From Alloascoidea hylecoeti (taxonomy: Eukaryota): a DNA stretch of 64,000 bases. The notes under the pieces were generated by a model that worked only from the letters and a program-made list of their open reading frames with translations, had not been told where the DNA came from and did not search any database. Shown piece after piece: positions 50,617 to 60,482 of the stretch. Within the stretch, counting starts at the first letter, position 1, and the number at the start of each line of letters is the position of its first letter. Location of the stretch: NCBI GenBank assembly GCA_001600815.1, contig BCKZ01000001.1:2018804-2082803 (forward strand), written 5' to 3'. The position numbers were made by a program, and so were the translations under genes.

Positions 50617-51855
50617 TTAAAGAGATTTTTTCCGTCGTAAAGCTTTATCAGCTTCCCAAACACCTTTATCAATAATTGCACCAACAGTTAAAACACCTCC
50701 AACAATTGAACAAAAACCTAATAAAAAACTACCAAAAGTTCTATTATGAACTTCTCTATTAATAATTTTCATTGCAGAAATATCATAATTAAAAAAAACA
50801 CCAGGTAATCCACCTCTTGAATGGAAAGTATTTGGATGATCTTCATCTCTACCACCTTGTAATGGTCTTGCATGACATGTAGCACTATATTGATTTGTTT
50901 CAATGATATTACCAGATAATTTTTCTAATCTTGTTGCAACAACTTTTAAATAATAACTATAGGCAAAATATTTATTTTTTTCTTCACCTTGTTCAATACC
51001 ATTTAAAGGATTTGAAAATTTATCAACAACATTATTATTATCAATTGAAATTTCTTGTGGTGGAGGACCAAAAGATAAATTATTAATTCTATGGGCTAAT
51101 GAGAAAGGAGATTCATTTCTATCATAAAAAGATAAATCATGAACATGATTTGTTAATTTTGTATGAGATTTACCAGGAGCAAAATGGAAATTTCCAGCAA
51201 CTTTATTAACATTTGCAATACCTTTTATACGACAACCTTCTTGTTCAATTTTTGCCAATTTTTCTTTAAAATGTTCTCTTTCACATTGTTCAACATTTGT
51301 ACCATCATAAAAAGCCCAACCTTTATTTGCATAAGCTTCTCTTACATCAGAACAAGAATTGCAACAAATTCTATCTTTTAAATTTTCAATATTTTCATTT
51401 ACTGATTGATCTAAAGCACCATAACATGGACCACAATAATCTTTTGGTAAAACAATTGCTTCATCTTCTTCATCACCATCAACTTCACCCATATTCATTT
51501 TAATTGAAGATAATTCATTACCTTTTTCATCTAATCTAATTTTAACAATTCCATGATTTATATCACCTTGAATTTCACCGGAAATATCCATTATATCCAT
51601 TGTTAATAAATCACAAGGTATATGTGGGAAAGTAATATCTAAATTAATATTTAATCTTTCACTTCTTGCTTTATCAACAATTAATTCAGGACGATAAACA
51701 ATTTTTTTATAATCAATAAATTCAGAAATTATTAACCAAATTGCAGTTATTATTGTTATAATTGTAACTATACCACCAGAGGTTGTTTTAATACGAGCAT
51801 CTTCAACAGTTTTAGAGAAAACATCTAAATTTAGTAATTTATTTTGAGGTGGCAT
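50617..51855 (-). CDS. ERV46: COPII vesicle protein Erv46 (ERGIC3)
   Basis: DVFSKTVEDARIKTTSGG, YCGPCYGA, CCNSCSDVREAY, VNKVAGNFHFAPG and GGLPGVFFNYDIS, with a C-terminal TM segment and KK motif. Confidence 0.95.
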   Translation of the reverse strand: MPPQNKLLNLDVFSKTVEDARIKTTSGGIVTIITIITAIWLIISEFIDYKKIVYRPELIVDKARSERLNINLDITFPHIPCDLLTMDIMDISGEIQGDINHGIVKIRLDEKGNELSSIKMNMGEVDGDEEDEAIVLPKDYCGPCYGALDQSVNENIENLKDRICCNSCSDVREAYANKGWAFYDGTNVEQCEREHFKEKLAKIEQEGCRIKGIANVNKVAGNFHFAPGKSHTKLTNHVHDLSFYDRNESPFSLAHRINNLSFGPPPQEISIDNNNVVDKFSNPLNGIEQGEEKNKYFAYSYYLKVVATRLEKLSGNIIETNQYSATCHARPLQGGRDEDHPNTFHSRGGLPGVFFNYDISAMKIINREVHNRTFGSFLLGFCSIVGGVLTVGAIIDKGVWEADKALRRKKSL

Positions 51856-52058
51856 TACTGTCAATATCAATATTTGTTGAAGAAATGAAGTGAGGTGAAG
51901 AGGAGTGAAACTAAAATATATGATGAGTTGTTACTATGCAAACATGTTTAGGTCCGCCCGTTGCTCCACACAAACACACAGAAAGGGAGGGAGGGTAACC
52001 CCATCTTTCAATTTTTATTGAAAAGTTTGAAAGTCCAATTATTAATATGAAATGAACA

Positions 52059-53384
52059 ATGAAAAATAATTATCGAGGATACATTCCTTCTAATGGTTCA
52101 ACAATTGAAACTATTAACATAGATGATATAACACCATTAGAATTCTTCAATAGATATATTTCACAAAGAAAGCCAGTTATTTTAAATAAATCAAATGGAA
52201 ATGGAAATGGAAATGGAAATGGAAATGAAAATTTAAAAGGATTTGACTATAATATATGGGATTTAAAAAAATTATCAAAAATTTTAAAAGAAGAGAATGG
52301 AGATGAAGATATAACATTACAAATTGAAAAAAAATCAGTTAAAGGTACATTTGGATCATCAGAAAAGAGAAGTTTAATGAAATTTGAAGATTTTATAAAA
52401 GAAATTGAAGATGGTAATACAGATTTATATTTAACTACACAATATAGAAATACGATTACATCTGCCTTTCCAACATCAGAAGATGAAGATGAAGATATTG
52501 AGATGGAGGTGGAAAGTGTTGATTCAGAAGAAAGATTCCTAGAATATTGTCAGCCACCACTAACACACTTACGAAAATATTTCCCTATTCATCCCCGAAT
52601 TTTAGGGAATTTAATTCCCCAACAAGTCAACCTCTGGATTGGATCAACAGCCGAACAAACATCAAGTGGATTACATCATGATCATGCAGACAATTTGTAT
52701 ATTTTGTTAGAAGGAGAAAAGACATTTAAACTGTTTCCGCCGAGTGACGCACCACGTTTAGACTTATACGGCAAAATCAAAGAAATATGCGGGAATGGGT
52801 TTATAAATTACGAGGATGAAAGATGGCGAGACGCACGTGAGGACGGGGCGATTGTGGGGAACGTCCTGGAGTGGGAGCTGGGGAAAATCGAGGGGGAGCT
52901 GGAAGCGGCCGAGGACCGCGGGGACTCCGGGGACCGCGGGGCCGCGAGGGTGGCTGAGTTGGGGGAGAGGATGGACGAGGTGCTGGCCAGGATTGGGGCT
53001 TCGTACGGAGCAGACACCGGGGAGGCAGGCACGGGGGAGGCAGGCACGGGGGAACCTCTCTCGTTCAGCAGGATCAGCCCGTCAGCCCTCGGCACGTGCG
53101 CACCCGCATGCCTCCCGCACATGCTGGTGGCGGACCTGCAGCCCGGGCAGATGCTGTACCTGCCCACGGGCTGGTTCCACGAGGTGTCGTCCGTGGGCCG
53201 CCCGCACGTCGCCTTCAACTACTGGATGGCGCCCCCGTCCGGCCCCGTGGGTGCGGGCGAGGGCGAGGGCGAGGGCGCGGGCGCGGGCGCGGGCGCGATG
53301 GAGTACAGTCTCCCGTACCCAGACGAGTACTGGCTGGACGACTGGAAACGCACAAATGAGATTCTAGCAAACAAAACCACATAA
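52059..53384 (+). CDS. JmjC/cupin-like-8 Fe(II)/2-oxoglutarate oxygenase
   Basis: FFNRYISQRKPVI, LYLTTQY, QQVNLWIG, SSGLHHDHADNLY (HxD) and MLYLPTGWFHEV (distal His). Confidence 0.9.
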   Translation: MKNNYRGYIPSNGSTIETINIDDITPLEFFNRYISQRKPVILNKSNGNGNGNGNGNENLKGFDYNIWDLKKLSKILKEENGDEDITLQIEKKSVKGTFGSSEKRSLMKFEDFIKEIEDGNTDLYLTTQYRNTITSAFPTSEDEDEDIEMEVESVDSEERFLEYCQPPLTHLRKYFPIHPRILGNLIPQQVNLWIGSTAEQTSSGLHHDHADNLYILLEGEKTFKLFPPSDAPRLDLYGKIKEICGNGFINYEDERWRDAREDGAIVGNVLEWELGKIEGELEAAEDRGDSGDRGAARVAELGERMDEVLARIGASYGADTGEAGTGEAGTGEPLSFSRISPSALGTCAPACLPHMLVADLQPGQMLYLPTGWFHEVSSVGRPHVAFNYWMAPPSGPVGAGEGEGEGAGAGAGAMEYSLPYPDEYWLDDWKRTNEILANKTT

Positions 53385-53600
53385 ACGTGCGTCCGTAAAC
53401 CGCATTGGGTGCATGACGCACTCTTTCCGCTGCTATCTAACTATAAAAATTTTAGAGTTTGTGATTAAAGTTGGCTTCTGCAACTAAAAAGTCATTGTTT
53501 TTGTTTTATTTTATTTAAAAATGTGTGTTTTTCCTTTTTCCTCATCATCTTTTTTTTAATTCTTTTTAAATTTATTTTCATTTACATCCATACACACAAC

Positions 53601-54872
53601 ATGGACTCAAGACCAGAACCAGATTTTTCTCATCATTCTTTATCTGATAAAGTTCTAAATGCCATCTTTTTGATCTTGTATACCAATGATCAGCAAGCAA
53701 TTGGTCTCACTGTAAAACAAATTTGTGATGTTTTAATAACGCAACATCCTGAAATGGATAAACTAAGTACAAAAACAAGTAATTTAGTATCTGCTAAGTT
53801 AAATGCTTATATCAAAAAAATTGAAAAAGGTGAAGTTGGTTTAATTTATGAAATGACTAGAGAATGGAAAGATGCAAGTCCAAAACGTATGGTTTACTGT
53901 TATAAAGGTATGCTTGGTGATAAATATGATGAAAAAGTCAAAAATAAAGCTTTAAAAGAAAATGAATTGAAAGATAAGAAGAAGAATAAGAAAAATTTAA
54001 GATCTAGATCTAGATCAAGATCAAGATCTCACTCATTAATACATTCTGATGATGATGAAGAAGAAGATGAAGAAGAAGAAGAAGAAGATGATGATGGTTA
54101 TATTTCTGCAAAAGAAGGACCTACTATAAATACAAGTTCAATTCATTCATTTATATCACCAAGAAATTCAAGAATATCGACAAATCCAAGATTTGAATAT
54201 AAACCAAGATATGAAATATCAAGATCAAATTCACCGTTATCTTCATTAACATCAGCATCAGATTATGAAGATTTTGATGAATTTGATGCTTTAGATAATG
54301 ATTCAGATACAAGTATTTGTGATGAAGACGATAATTCTAGTAGTTCAATTGATAATAAAAAAAGACAAAATGAAATAAATTTAATAGCACCTAAATCATC
54401 AAATAAAAAACAACGATTATCATCTCATGATTTTAACGTACAATCAAAAGAAATACAAAGACAAATACAATTACAAAAACAAAAGCAAAAACAAATACAT
54501 GAAAAGGAACAATATCAATTACAAAGACAGAAACAAAAACAATATCAATATCAATTACAATTACAATCACAATCACAAAAACGATCACAGCAACAACAAC
54601 AAAAACAAGAATCAATGATGAAAAATAAAAATTTAAGTACAAGACAATTACAACAAATACATTTACAAACACAACAAAGACAAACACAACAAGCATTGAG
54701 TTTATTAATTGGACCATTAACAATTGATTCAAATATGTTAAAATCAGGATTAAATGATATAAACTCTTTTAGTGAACAATGGTTAGAAGATGTTAGAAAC
54801 GGATTTTTAAACCAAGATATTGAATGTCCTGAAGATGTTTCATTTGATGAGATTGGAGGATTATTTGATTAA
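53601..54872 (+). CDS. GDS1: Gds1-like protein with a winged-helix-type N-terminal domain
   Basis: DKVLNAIFLIL, GLTVKQICDVL, LSTKTSNLVSAKLNAY and REWKDASPKRMVY. ATG in good context at 53601. Confidence 0.8.
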   Translation: MDSRPEPDFSHHSLSDKVLNAIFLILYTNDQQAIGLTVKQICDVLITQHPEMDKLSTKTSNLVSAKLNAYIKKIEKGEVGLIYEMTREWKDASPKRMVYCYKGMLGDKYDEKVKNKALKENELKDKKKNKKNLRSRSRSRSRSHSLIHSDDDEEEDEEEEEEDDDGYISAKEGPTINTSSIHSFISPRNSRISTNPRFEYKPRYEISRSNSPLSSLTSASDYEDFDEFDALDNDSDTSICDEDDNSSSSIDNKKRQNEINLIAPKSSNKKQRLSSHDFNVQSKEIQRQIQLQKQKQKQIHEKEQYQLQRQKQKQYQYQLQLQSQSQKRSQQQQQKQESMMKNKNLSTRQLQQIHLQTQQRQTQQALSLLIGPLTIDSNMLKSGLNDINSFSEQWLEDVRNGFLNQDIECPEDVSFDEIGGLFD

Positions 54873-55032
54873 CACTTATATTATATTATATTGTTATTAA
54901 TTGACAAATAACTACAGGATAGTTATCTTTAAATTTTTTTGAATTGAATGACATGTTTTGTTTTGTATATTAAACACCAAAAACACTATCACTTAAACAT
55001 TCCTTTATAATGACACTACAAACATTTTATAC

Positions 55033-55036
55033 AAGC

Positions 55037-55067
<31 letters not shown>

Positions 55068-55122
55068 TAAATATAAATAACTAAATAAATAAGTAAATAA
55101 CTAAATAAATAAATAAATAAAT
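55033..55122. repeat. (AAGT)n/(AAAT)n microsatellite between the convergent GDS1 and NAT2 genes
   Basis: Seen directly in the sequence. Confidence 0.85.
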
Positions 55123-55456
55123 ACCCTGCTCAATTAATGTTAACGGAAAAAGAAAAAGAAAAGAAGCTGTAAAATAAAATTGCATCAAATTTCTTTCAAG
55201 CAGTGAGTCACATTTGCATTTCAGTGCACAGTAAATGTGCATATTCCACAGAAGTGCACAGCCCAACTTCCCGAAACGGACGGGTGATTAGAGTTTGTGT
55301 CAATAAGTCACCAAAAGCATTCCAAATTATAATTATAAACTGTTAAAAATAGTCGTCTGATGATTTATTACATGCCCGTCACGTGTGCGTGCCGCGTACC
55401 TTGGGGTTACGTAATCAGACGTATACGTCATGTTTCGATCTCAATTTTTCTATTTA

Positions 55457-56167
55457 TCATTTCTTACTACGTAAAACTGTCGATTTTTCATTAGCTTCTT
55501 TTAAAATATTCTTCACTCCTTTTTCAGAAACAACGTGTTTTATACCTGAATCTTTCAGCGAACTTTTAGTCGCATTTGCAACCGTGCTTAATTTTGTGTG
55601 CCCAATGTGAAACCCCCATTTACGTAACATCCCAACTATTCCTGGCGTTATTGCTGCTGTAATTGGTACTCTTATAAAAATAAGTGATTTATGAATCCCA
55701 TAAGCAACTGCAAATTCCGTCCAAAATGTTGATGCTACTTCTTTTGACTCTTCTTCTTCTTTTTCATCCTCTGTTTTACCAAATCCAAAGAAGCTTTTAA
55801 CGGATTCCTGCAATTGACTGATTTTTTCTTGTCCTAAACTATGAACCAATAAATAACATAATGGTAAATCAATACAACTCAATCCTAGATAAACTCCTAA
55901 TGCTGAATATCCATATTCTTGCATTAATTTTTTTAATCCTGTTGGTGCTTTTGCTTTTTTATCTTTTGTTGTATTTGTGGCAAATTTTCGAAAATTTATC
56001 TTGTTTTTCAAATTCTTTAATATATTTGATGCTTTATTAAATCTAAACATTATTATGTTCCATTGATTAATATTACTACCATTTCTATTTGTGTATAAAA
56101 ACCGTCGATTAATTGTTCCTGTTTTGGAAATCCAATTGAATGTTCGAGGAATTCCTGTACTAAACAT
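55457..56167 (-). CDS. NAT2: Mitochondrial DUF1279/FAM210-family protein (Nat2-like)
   Basis: LKKLMQEYGYSALGVYLGLSCIDLPLCYLLVHSLG and EFAVAYGIHKSLIFIRVPITAAITP. Confidence 0.85.
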   Translation of the reverse strand: MFSTGIPRTFNWISKTGTINRRFLYTNRNGSNINQWNIIMFRFNKASNILKNLKNKINFRKFATNTTKDKKAKAPTGLKKLMQEYGYSALGVYLGLSCIDLPLCYLLVHSLGQEKISQLQESVKSFFGFGKTEDEKEEEESKEVASTFWTEFAVAYGIHKSLIFIRVPITAAITPGIVGMLRKWGFHIGHTKLSTVANATKSSLKDSGIKHVVSEKGVKNILKEANEKSTVLRSKK

Positions 56168-56322
56168 TATTGTTTTGTAAGTAAATCTTTATTTTACCTC
56201 TTGTTTTCTTGTTTTCTTGTTTTCTTGTTATACGCGTTTATATGATACCGGCCTGCATATTACGCTCGGGAGGTTTTAAAGAAACCCGAGGAGACTTATA
56301 AATTATTATTTATATTTTTAAC

Positions 56323-57520
56323 ATGGGACTGGAGAGTTTTTCAAACCAAAAAAAAACTGATAAACAATCTTTAAATTATGTTATAAAAAGTGGAATATCT
56401 GGTGGAATCGCTGGTTGTGCTGTATGATCAATATCTTTCTCATATAACTTATAATGTATATTATATAATTATAATATATCTAATTTTTTTTTTTTTTTTT
56501 TTTTTTTATCTATTTTTATTGATATAGGCTAAAACATTAATAGCTCCACTTGATAGAGTTAAAATCTTATTTCAAACTTCAAATCCTGAATATAAACAAT
56601 ATTCAGGTTCTTTTTTTGGGTTTTTAAAAGCTTCTAAAAAAATTTATAAATCTGATGGTATATTTGGTTTATTTCAAGGTCATTCTGCAACAATTTTAAG
56701 AATTTTCCCTTATGCTGCAATTAAATTTATAGCTTATGAACAAATTAGATCAATATTAATACCAAATAAATCAAAAGAAACAAACTTAAGAAGATTTTTA
56801 TCTGGTTCAATAAGTGGTTTAGCAAGTGTTTTTGCAACTTATCCTTTAGATTTAATTCGTGTTAGATTAGCTTTTGAAACAAGAAAAAATTTTAAATTAA
56901 TTGAAAATGGGAAAATTCCTCATGGTAATCATTATCATAAAGGTGGTAGATTAATTCAAACAATAATTGAAATATCACAAGAAAAACCAAATTTTAAAAA
57001 TATTAATAATGATTCATTAATTATTAAAAAATTTAGATTATTAAATTTAAATCAAATTACTAATTTTTATAGAGGTTTTACTCCAACTATTATTGGAATG
57101 ATTCCTTATGCTGGTGTTTCATTTTGGACTCATGATTTTATTCATGATATATTTAGATCAAAATCATTTTCTCCTTATACATTATTACCAATAGAAAATG
57201 ATTTCAACAATAATGATACAAAACAACGAACAAGAACACCATTAAAAGCTTGGGCACAATTAATAGCTGGTGGAATAGCAGGAATGGTATCTCAAACATC
57301 ATCATATCCATTTGAAGTAATTAGAAGAAGAATGCAAGTTGGTGGTGTTACAAATAATGGAGCTTATTTTGGAATTTTAAAAACTGCTGAAAAAATTTAT
57401 AAAGATCGTGGTTTAAAAGGTTTTTATATTGGTTTAACAATTGGTTATATAAAAGTTATACCAATGGCTGCTTGTTCATTTTTTGTTTATGAAAGAATGA
57501 AACATTATTTAAAAATATAA
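56323..57520 (+). CDS. LEU5: Mitochondrial CoA carrier (SLC25A16/42-like); intron 56422-56527
   Basis: [70 protein letters not shown] and YPFEVIRRRMQV give three carrier repeats. Confidence 0.92.
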
Positions 57521-57624
57521 AAAAAAAAAGTTATAAAAAAAAAAGTTATAAAAAAAAAAGTTATAAAAAAAAAAGTTATAAAAAAAAAAGTTATAAAAAA
57601 AAAAGTTATAAAAAAAAAAGTTAT
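57516..57624 (+). repeat. 15-bp tandem repeat (GTTAT-A10), about 7 copies, starting at the LEU5 stop codon
   Basis: A G recurs every 15 bp at 57530, 57545, 57560, 57575, 57590, 57605 and 57620. Confidence 0.95.
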
Positions 57625-57767
57625 TATAAAATGATAAATTAAAACTTTTATTTATAGAGGAAAGGAAAAGAAAAATATATTACAATTGCAATATTGTAAT
57701 CATGATATTTATTTATAAATATAATATTAATTAATTTTATTGTATATATTAATATTATTTTATATTG

Positions 57768-57893
57768 TTCATTTATTCATTTATTCATTTATTCATTTAT
57801 TCATTTATTCATTTATTCATTTATTCATTTATTCATTTATTCATTTATTCATTTATTCATTTATTCATTTATTCATTTATTCATTTATTCATT
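57768..57893. repeat. (TTCATTTA)n octamer microsatellite, about 15-16 perfect copies
   Basis: Seen directly; it explains the spurious (YSFIHLFI)n ORF. Confidence 0.95.
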
Positions 57894-60482
57894 ATTAATA
57901 TATATAAAATTGAAATAATAATTGTAATTGTGTCAATTTTATATTGTTTTATTTTTTTTTCTACTGATGGATTTCGCCAAATTTAACTAAAGAAGTTTGG
58001 CCGTTTCAAGAATAATAATTGGTGAGATTTGCTAAATATTTACCTATTCCTCGAGTAACTTGATAGGGGGTAATTAATTTTCATGCAGTATTTCCATTTA
58101 ATTTTCATTCATTTTCATATCGGTTCATAATTAGTGCCTTATAGTTACCTATGGGTACTTCTGAGAAAGGGATTTAGGATACAAATCATGCACTGTTTAG
58201 AATTTGATCAGAAGAATTATTAAGGGCTAGGGTTAGTCTAAGAATTAGCCATAATTATAAGTTTAGATTTAGCTTATTTTTCATAATACCAATTCAAAAC
58301 CATTCAAATTTTTAAATAGAAGGCACGCACATAAGATCTTAATCTTACGCCCAAGCCCATTATTTTAAATATAAAATAAGGTTAAATAAATCCTGATACG
58401 GCTAATTCTGGGTGGAAAAAAATGGTATTCTATTCTGGTTGTCGTGTTGGAATAAAATATAGAGTACAGTGCTTCCACTTATTTTAGTCCACGCTAACTA
58501 CTAATTATAAATATTGGACAGATATATTCAATGGACTCAAATTAAACTATAATTGGTAGTAATTCACCGAGCTTTGGACCAATTCCTAGGTTCAAGTAGT
58601 ACCGTAGGTTCTCCCTGTTAACATGTGCTCGTAGTCTATTTCTTTAGCGCTAACTGATCATAATTAACTAGCTCAAGCTCGAATATATTATCTTAAAGAC
58701 TACCAGTAGTTTTCTAGGTTACGCTAGTTGATTAATATTTGTTTAAACATCATCATCTTACCCCTTATTAGTTCCCAACAGTGGGCCAACACAAACCTTT
58801 AATATGCTTCCTTCAAAAATAACCCTACGAATATGTAAGCTTTATCACAGCTTATAGCTAATTGTAGGGATCATTCAGGCATAAATATTCTAGTTAATTA
58901 AGACATAATATAATCATACATAATCAAAGAGCTAGAGAAATTTTAAGCGAGAGAATTTAGGTAGGAAATTAAACTTTTAAAGTACCATCAATAAATTCTC
59001 TTTGGTTCCATTAGAATTCTTTTAATAGAATCCATACATGTAATAATGTAAGCTTATATGATATTCAATTCCAATTAAGTCAGAGCCACAACTAGTTTCC
59101 ATCACATATAAAAAAAAATATGACAAAATCCCTATTCTTTGTGTTTTCACCGTCATGTTGTGATCATATACAAACTATAGAAAGTAAAAGATATAGGCAA
59201 GAGTTGTATCGTAAAAAGCTTAATTAAGGGTAGAAAGTTAAACCACAAGAAGGCTGACTGTATTAACAAGGGTTAATCAATTGCATTAACACGATTGAAT
59301 AGTGATTTCTTTCTAATTTAGTTCTCAAGTAATTAAACAACAAAGACTACGAAGTTTAGATAATTTAAATATCAGTACCTTTCCTTGTAACGTTAACCGA
59401 TTTCAATGAAATATCCACCGAAAACTGCAACTACTCATTTACCATTTGTCAATTCTAGAACTTTTTGATGGGGTATCTTCATTCGAATAAATTTATAATA
59501 TAATCAGCATCGTTCTTTTTGGTAAATTTTTCCTTTTATGGTGCTGAAAATATTCCAATGACATGAGGACGTAATTAAAGAGTTCAATTGATTAAATATT
59601 AAACCAGCTCCACTAGCAGCGACGTGAACCAAAATATAATTATCTTTCTTACCATTATAAAACTTGTTCATAAGAAATAAGTGCTCAATATATCACCATA
59701 TAATTTAAGAGTTCAAAATCTTTGATTTTTGGAATAGAGTTGTCTTCGTATTTTATGAAGATTTTTAGTAACAATTCTCAAAACATGATTAATATACATA
59801 TTAATATGATTCCGATTAGTAATGCAATTATATGTTTTGATATGTAAAAGTTGATCAGTCTTCCAATTTAAGACAAGTAATACAAGTATCAATCGAAGAG
59901 TGGAAGTAACAGAATCTGCCTCTCTTATACGAATGCGGAGAATGTAATGTAACCCCACATTATCCAAGATCGCGAAATTTATAATGATGTACTTAAAGCG
60001 CAAGTGATATTTCAAACTACAACTTCCCTACCCCAATCCACATAGAAATAATAAGGGCTGCATAGACTACGGCGGTTTATTTAAGATAATATATAACAAT
60101 ATAATGCAAATTCAACAATTTGATTAGACCGGTTCAAATGACTGGGTAATTATCCAATATTCAGAAAATGCGTGCTCAACAATGTGCACGGGTGATCGAC
60201 CAATCTATAAGTTATATCATGATCATGAAACGAAAAAGTTTTACTCCACCAGCTGATCGGCCTCTTGAGGGAATGAGGGAACATCAAATAATGCGATGAT
60301 CTTATGACCAAATGCGACTAATATTATAGCTGGAAAAAACCATCATCATCACACGCAAAACCGTGGTTTGGTATATTATATTCTTACAACATCTAATTTA
60401 ATATTTGTTTCCCATAAAGACATAGGTAATATATTAACTTATAAACAGGTATTTATAACAGATCTCTGAGCCTGTTTTGTAT

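Noticed and set aside
52808..53421. Four overlapping alternative-frame ORFs (up to 183 aa, Arg-rich, (RA)n)
   Set aside because: Shadow ORFs caused by stop-codon scarcity in the GC island; the JmjC frame carries the conserved motifs.
55378..55385. GTCACGTG as point-centromere CDEI
   Set aside because: No adjoining CDEII/CDEIII, and point centromeres are not expected in this kind of yeast.
57765..57986. (YSFIHLFI)n ORF, or a CRISPR-like or telomere-like array
   Set aside because: Pure octamer microsatellite with no spacers; it lacks a G-rich strand and is internal.
58560..58620. GGTTCAAGT B-box-like word suggesting a tRNA
   Set aside because: No cloverleaf, acceptor stem or properly spaced A-box.
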